NCBI GenBank assembly: GCA_963693365.1
Contig: CAVNZM010000006.1
Location: forward strand, 4,877,264-4,941,263
Direction of reading: 5' to 3'
DNA length: 64,000 nt
Source of the DNA: Amoebidium appalachense
Taxonomy: Eukaryota; Protista; Ichthyosporea
Shown one piece after another: positions 61,350 through 64,000 of the stretch (its first letter is position 1; the number at the start of each line of letters is the position of its first letter). Below the pieces are notes generated by a model, which worked only from the letters and a program-made list of their open reading frames with translations, had not been told where the DNA came from and did no database searches. The translations under genes were made by a program, and so were the position numbers.

Positions 61350-63985
61350 TCACTCATCGACCCCAATCGCCGTCTCATCCGCCCACCCCCTCAGTTTAAG
61401 CACCCTCATATCCGTCTTTAGCAATTGCTCCCTAACACCGTTAACCCTTCCTTCTACCCGTTGTTTTCTATCGCAATACTCTACCCATCTCTTTCGAAGT
61501 TCATCTGTATTAAATCTTGCCCGGGGTGTGCCACTGCTATTATTAGTAACAGACACTATTTTATTGGCTATTTTTACGCCCAGAATCACCAGTAGAGTGT
61601 GACGAATCCCCCTCTTTTGCACCGGCCGAAGCTTTCTGAGGGGAGACCAAAAGATCAAGAGCCCACTTGCGAAGAAATTGCAACCGAGACACGTCGCTTG
61701 AAGCGACGATCCGTGGAAGAAAATACCACACGACTATCGTACATACCGCAAAAAGAACGGTGCCTGAAAAAGCAAGCATTTTCATTGGTACGTTGGACGT
61801 GAGGAGCAAAAACGGGACCATGCACCCCACCAGAACAGCCAAATTTACGCACAAAAGAAACAAAAGCCCCAACTTGCGATGTTGGCAAGCGGTAAATCCG
61901 GTGTTGAGCCCCCCCGTAACCATTGCGGCCAATAGGAGTACACCGTGGCACATGCACAGCACCAATAGCGCGGGGGATTTCACGTAATCAATGTTGATGT
62001 GTTTTGCGTAAACGGTGAACGTTGCCGTATCCGTTGCGACCTCGCCTACCGCCCGCACAACGGTTGGCCGATCGTTAAACGCTACGCCGCCCGTTGCAGT
62101 AATACCGACCAATAGAACCACGTCGATCAAAACAAGCGAACCAATCAGAAGAAGGTAAGCGTGGGTGTTCATGATTCGTCGGAACGGAAAGGAAGGAGGA
62201 CTCTGCTCGGATTCGGCCGCGGTGGGACGTAAACTCGTAATGGACCGCCGTCGGTGGATATGTTTTGCTTTCAAATCTCCGGCTGTCCGTCGCCGCTCGT
62301 ATTCCTCTTGCGACATGTGTGCGACTTGTAGCATGCGGGTGATAAATCCAGAAATAACCATCGTATTTCCGATTGAAAACAGCCATAGGGACGTGAGGGT
62401 AGGACCAACAAACCCCGGGGAGGGCAGGAACATTATCGACCCGACGGCCATGCCGCACCCCGTAAGAATGACGATCAAAAGGGGGGGTTTATAGGACTCT
62501 AGGGGGGAACTATTTCGGTGTGTGATTACCAAAGTTATACACACGATTACAAACGCTAGGCCCAGGATCCCAAATATGTAGATTACGATGGCGATCGACG
62601 ATCGTGGGGAAGTGTAGCCGCAATTAATGCTTGCGGTTCAGGAAGAGACGTGCCGGGCCCGACGTAGCACGAAAAATCCCCCTCGCTTGATGCTGACAGT
62701 TGGGATTTTGGGAGTCTCTTCCACCCAAAAGCCACCTGTAGGGGGTTTGGGGGGTAACATGCCTTTCCAAATACCACTTTCCTTTAACCCCTCTCTCCCA
62801 AACCCAAACTCTTTCGGAACCACAGGGATAATAACAAAAACTCCCCCCGGCCAATCAAAAAGATGGAAGTTATCGGGAAGGAGGGAATTTCATTAGTGAA
62901 GAGGGAAGAACTGCTTTTGGGCACAATCCTGCATGGTGTTTGTAATCAGATCGCACGTTCCAGCGGTCATCACCAGATCGCGCACCACGGTGCATGGTAC
63001 CAGAAAGAACCGATCGACAACCCGGCATGCCGATTGGACGGCTTCATCGACACTTGAGTTCATGGCCACCAGGGAAAAGAGCAAATTTTGCCAATGGTTC
63101 CCCCTTTGGACGAAATAATACCGCTCGTGATACGTAAATAGTTCTCGAAACGCACGTGCGGCAGCCGCCATGGTGCATTGGGTCCCCAACCAATCGGTGG
63201 TGTTAAAGAGGAGATGGTTGGGGCAAGATTTGAGCACGAGTGGTGGGAGGGAGTCTAGGGACAGTGCCATATTTAGAAGGTAGGGAAGCCTCACATCTGC
63301 AAAATTTAGAAGCGTGTTGACAGTGAGGGAGGTGTTTCGCTGCGTGCGACCCGCACCTATCTCGTGCAGAGTGACATCAAAGCTCCCGATTTCCTTTTTA
63401 GGAGGTAACATTCTCCCTATATCGTCCCTATTGACCCCCGGGGTGTCCGCGCTGGAAAATCGCATCCCCCACGATTTCCTGTCAACATCATCGGGCAGCG
63501 TGTATTTCCTGAAGGCTGGTGTAAGGGGTTCAGACAGTGGGGTGCCTGGCCATGTTCTCTTCCAGCTTAAAGATTCGGTGTCCCCCGAGAGCGCTTCGAG
63601 CGTGCGGGGTCCAACCAACCCGCTTCGATTTGAAGGCAGGAGGGTTAAATTTATCACCGCGACCACATTGGGGGTGTTCAACGCACAGCGAAATTGCGCC
63701 TGTTCACCCGTGGATGTCTGCACATAACTGTCGCTGCCCGTGGAAAATTCGCTCTTCGTTCATATATCCCGGGTCGTAGTCCAATCCGGCGGCTTCGGCG
63801 CGGTGTTTTTTTGGCGTCTTCCGCGTGATTTTCGACCAACTAACGAGATCCCCCCACGTGTATGGCCACTCTTTCATCGATTTATAGTGTTCCACGAGGT
63901 CCCAATAGTCGCTGAATTGAGGGACGGCGGGTGCCTGGATGCCTAGCCGGGCAAACGTTGTCTTGTTGTACTTGATGTGGTTGTA
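61350..63985 (-). pseudogene. Receptor C, close inverted paralog of receptor B with multiple lesions; 5' part lies beyond the window
   Basis: Colinear with B (WPYTWGDLV, FRCALNTP, RYYFVQRGNHW, MKMLxFSGTVLFAV, LxGWAxxTAIG). Lesions relative to B: compensated -1/+1 at ~63806-63828, 5-nt gap at ~63730, donor CAG|GATTGT instead of GT at 62928, 1-nt deletion at ~62625, and a further frame change at ~61570. Consensus error cannot be excluded. Confidence 0.6.
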
Positions 63986-64000
63986 CTGTGTGTGTGTGTG

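Overview
Eukaryotic, intron-rich genomic DNA. It is probably from a unicellular opisthokont or amorphean, but the lineage cannot be fixed from sequence alone. It is saturated with poly-G/poly-C tracts and (CA)n/(GT)n microsatellites, so almost all listed six-frame ORFs are spurious. Splicing by hand gives seven genes: an Abraxas/ABRO1-like MPN- protein (-, ~3100-10313), a PP2A B55 regulatory subunit (+, 11082-19825, with a U12-type intron), a mitochondrial AK3-type adenylate kinase (+, 23741-26370), an APE1/ExoIII AP endonuclease (+, ~27840-39229), and a cluster of three class C-like 7TM receptors (40955-51676 -, 55469-60244 +, 61350->64000 -, the last disrupted). The receptor ectodomain looks like a bacterial ABC-type (family 1, sugar) solute-binding protein rather than a Venus flytrap, and each tail carries a coiled coil. 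The most interesting non-coding signals are: (1) a structured intronic repeat family whose seven loci all lie in the same orientation relative to the host transcript; (2) a pre-miRNA-like hairpin at ~20950-21034; (3) 3' splice sites lacking U-rich tracts and sitting directly on poly-A, poly-G or (CA)n; (4) two MITE-like elements. Exon boundaries are manual predictions without RNA data.
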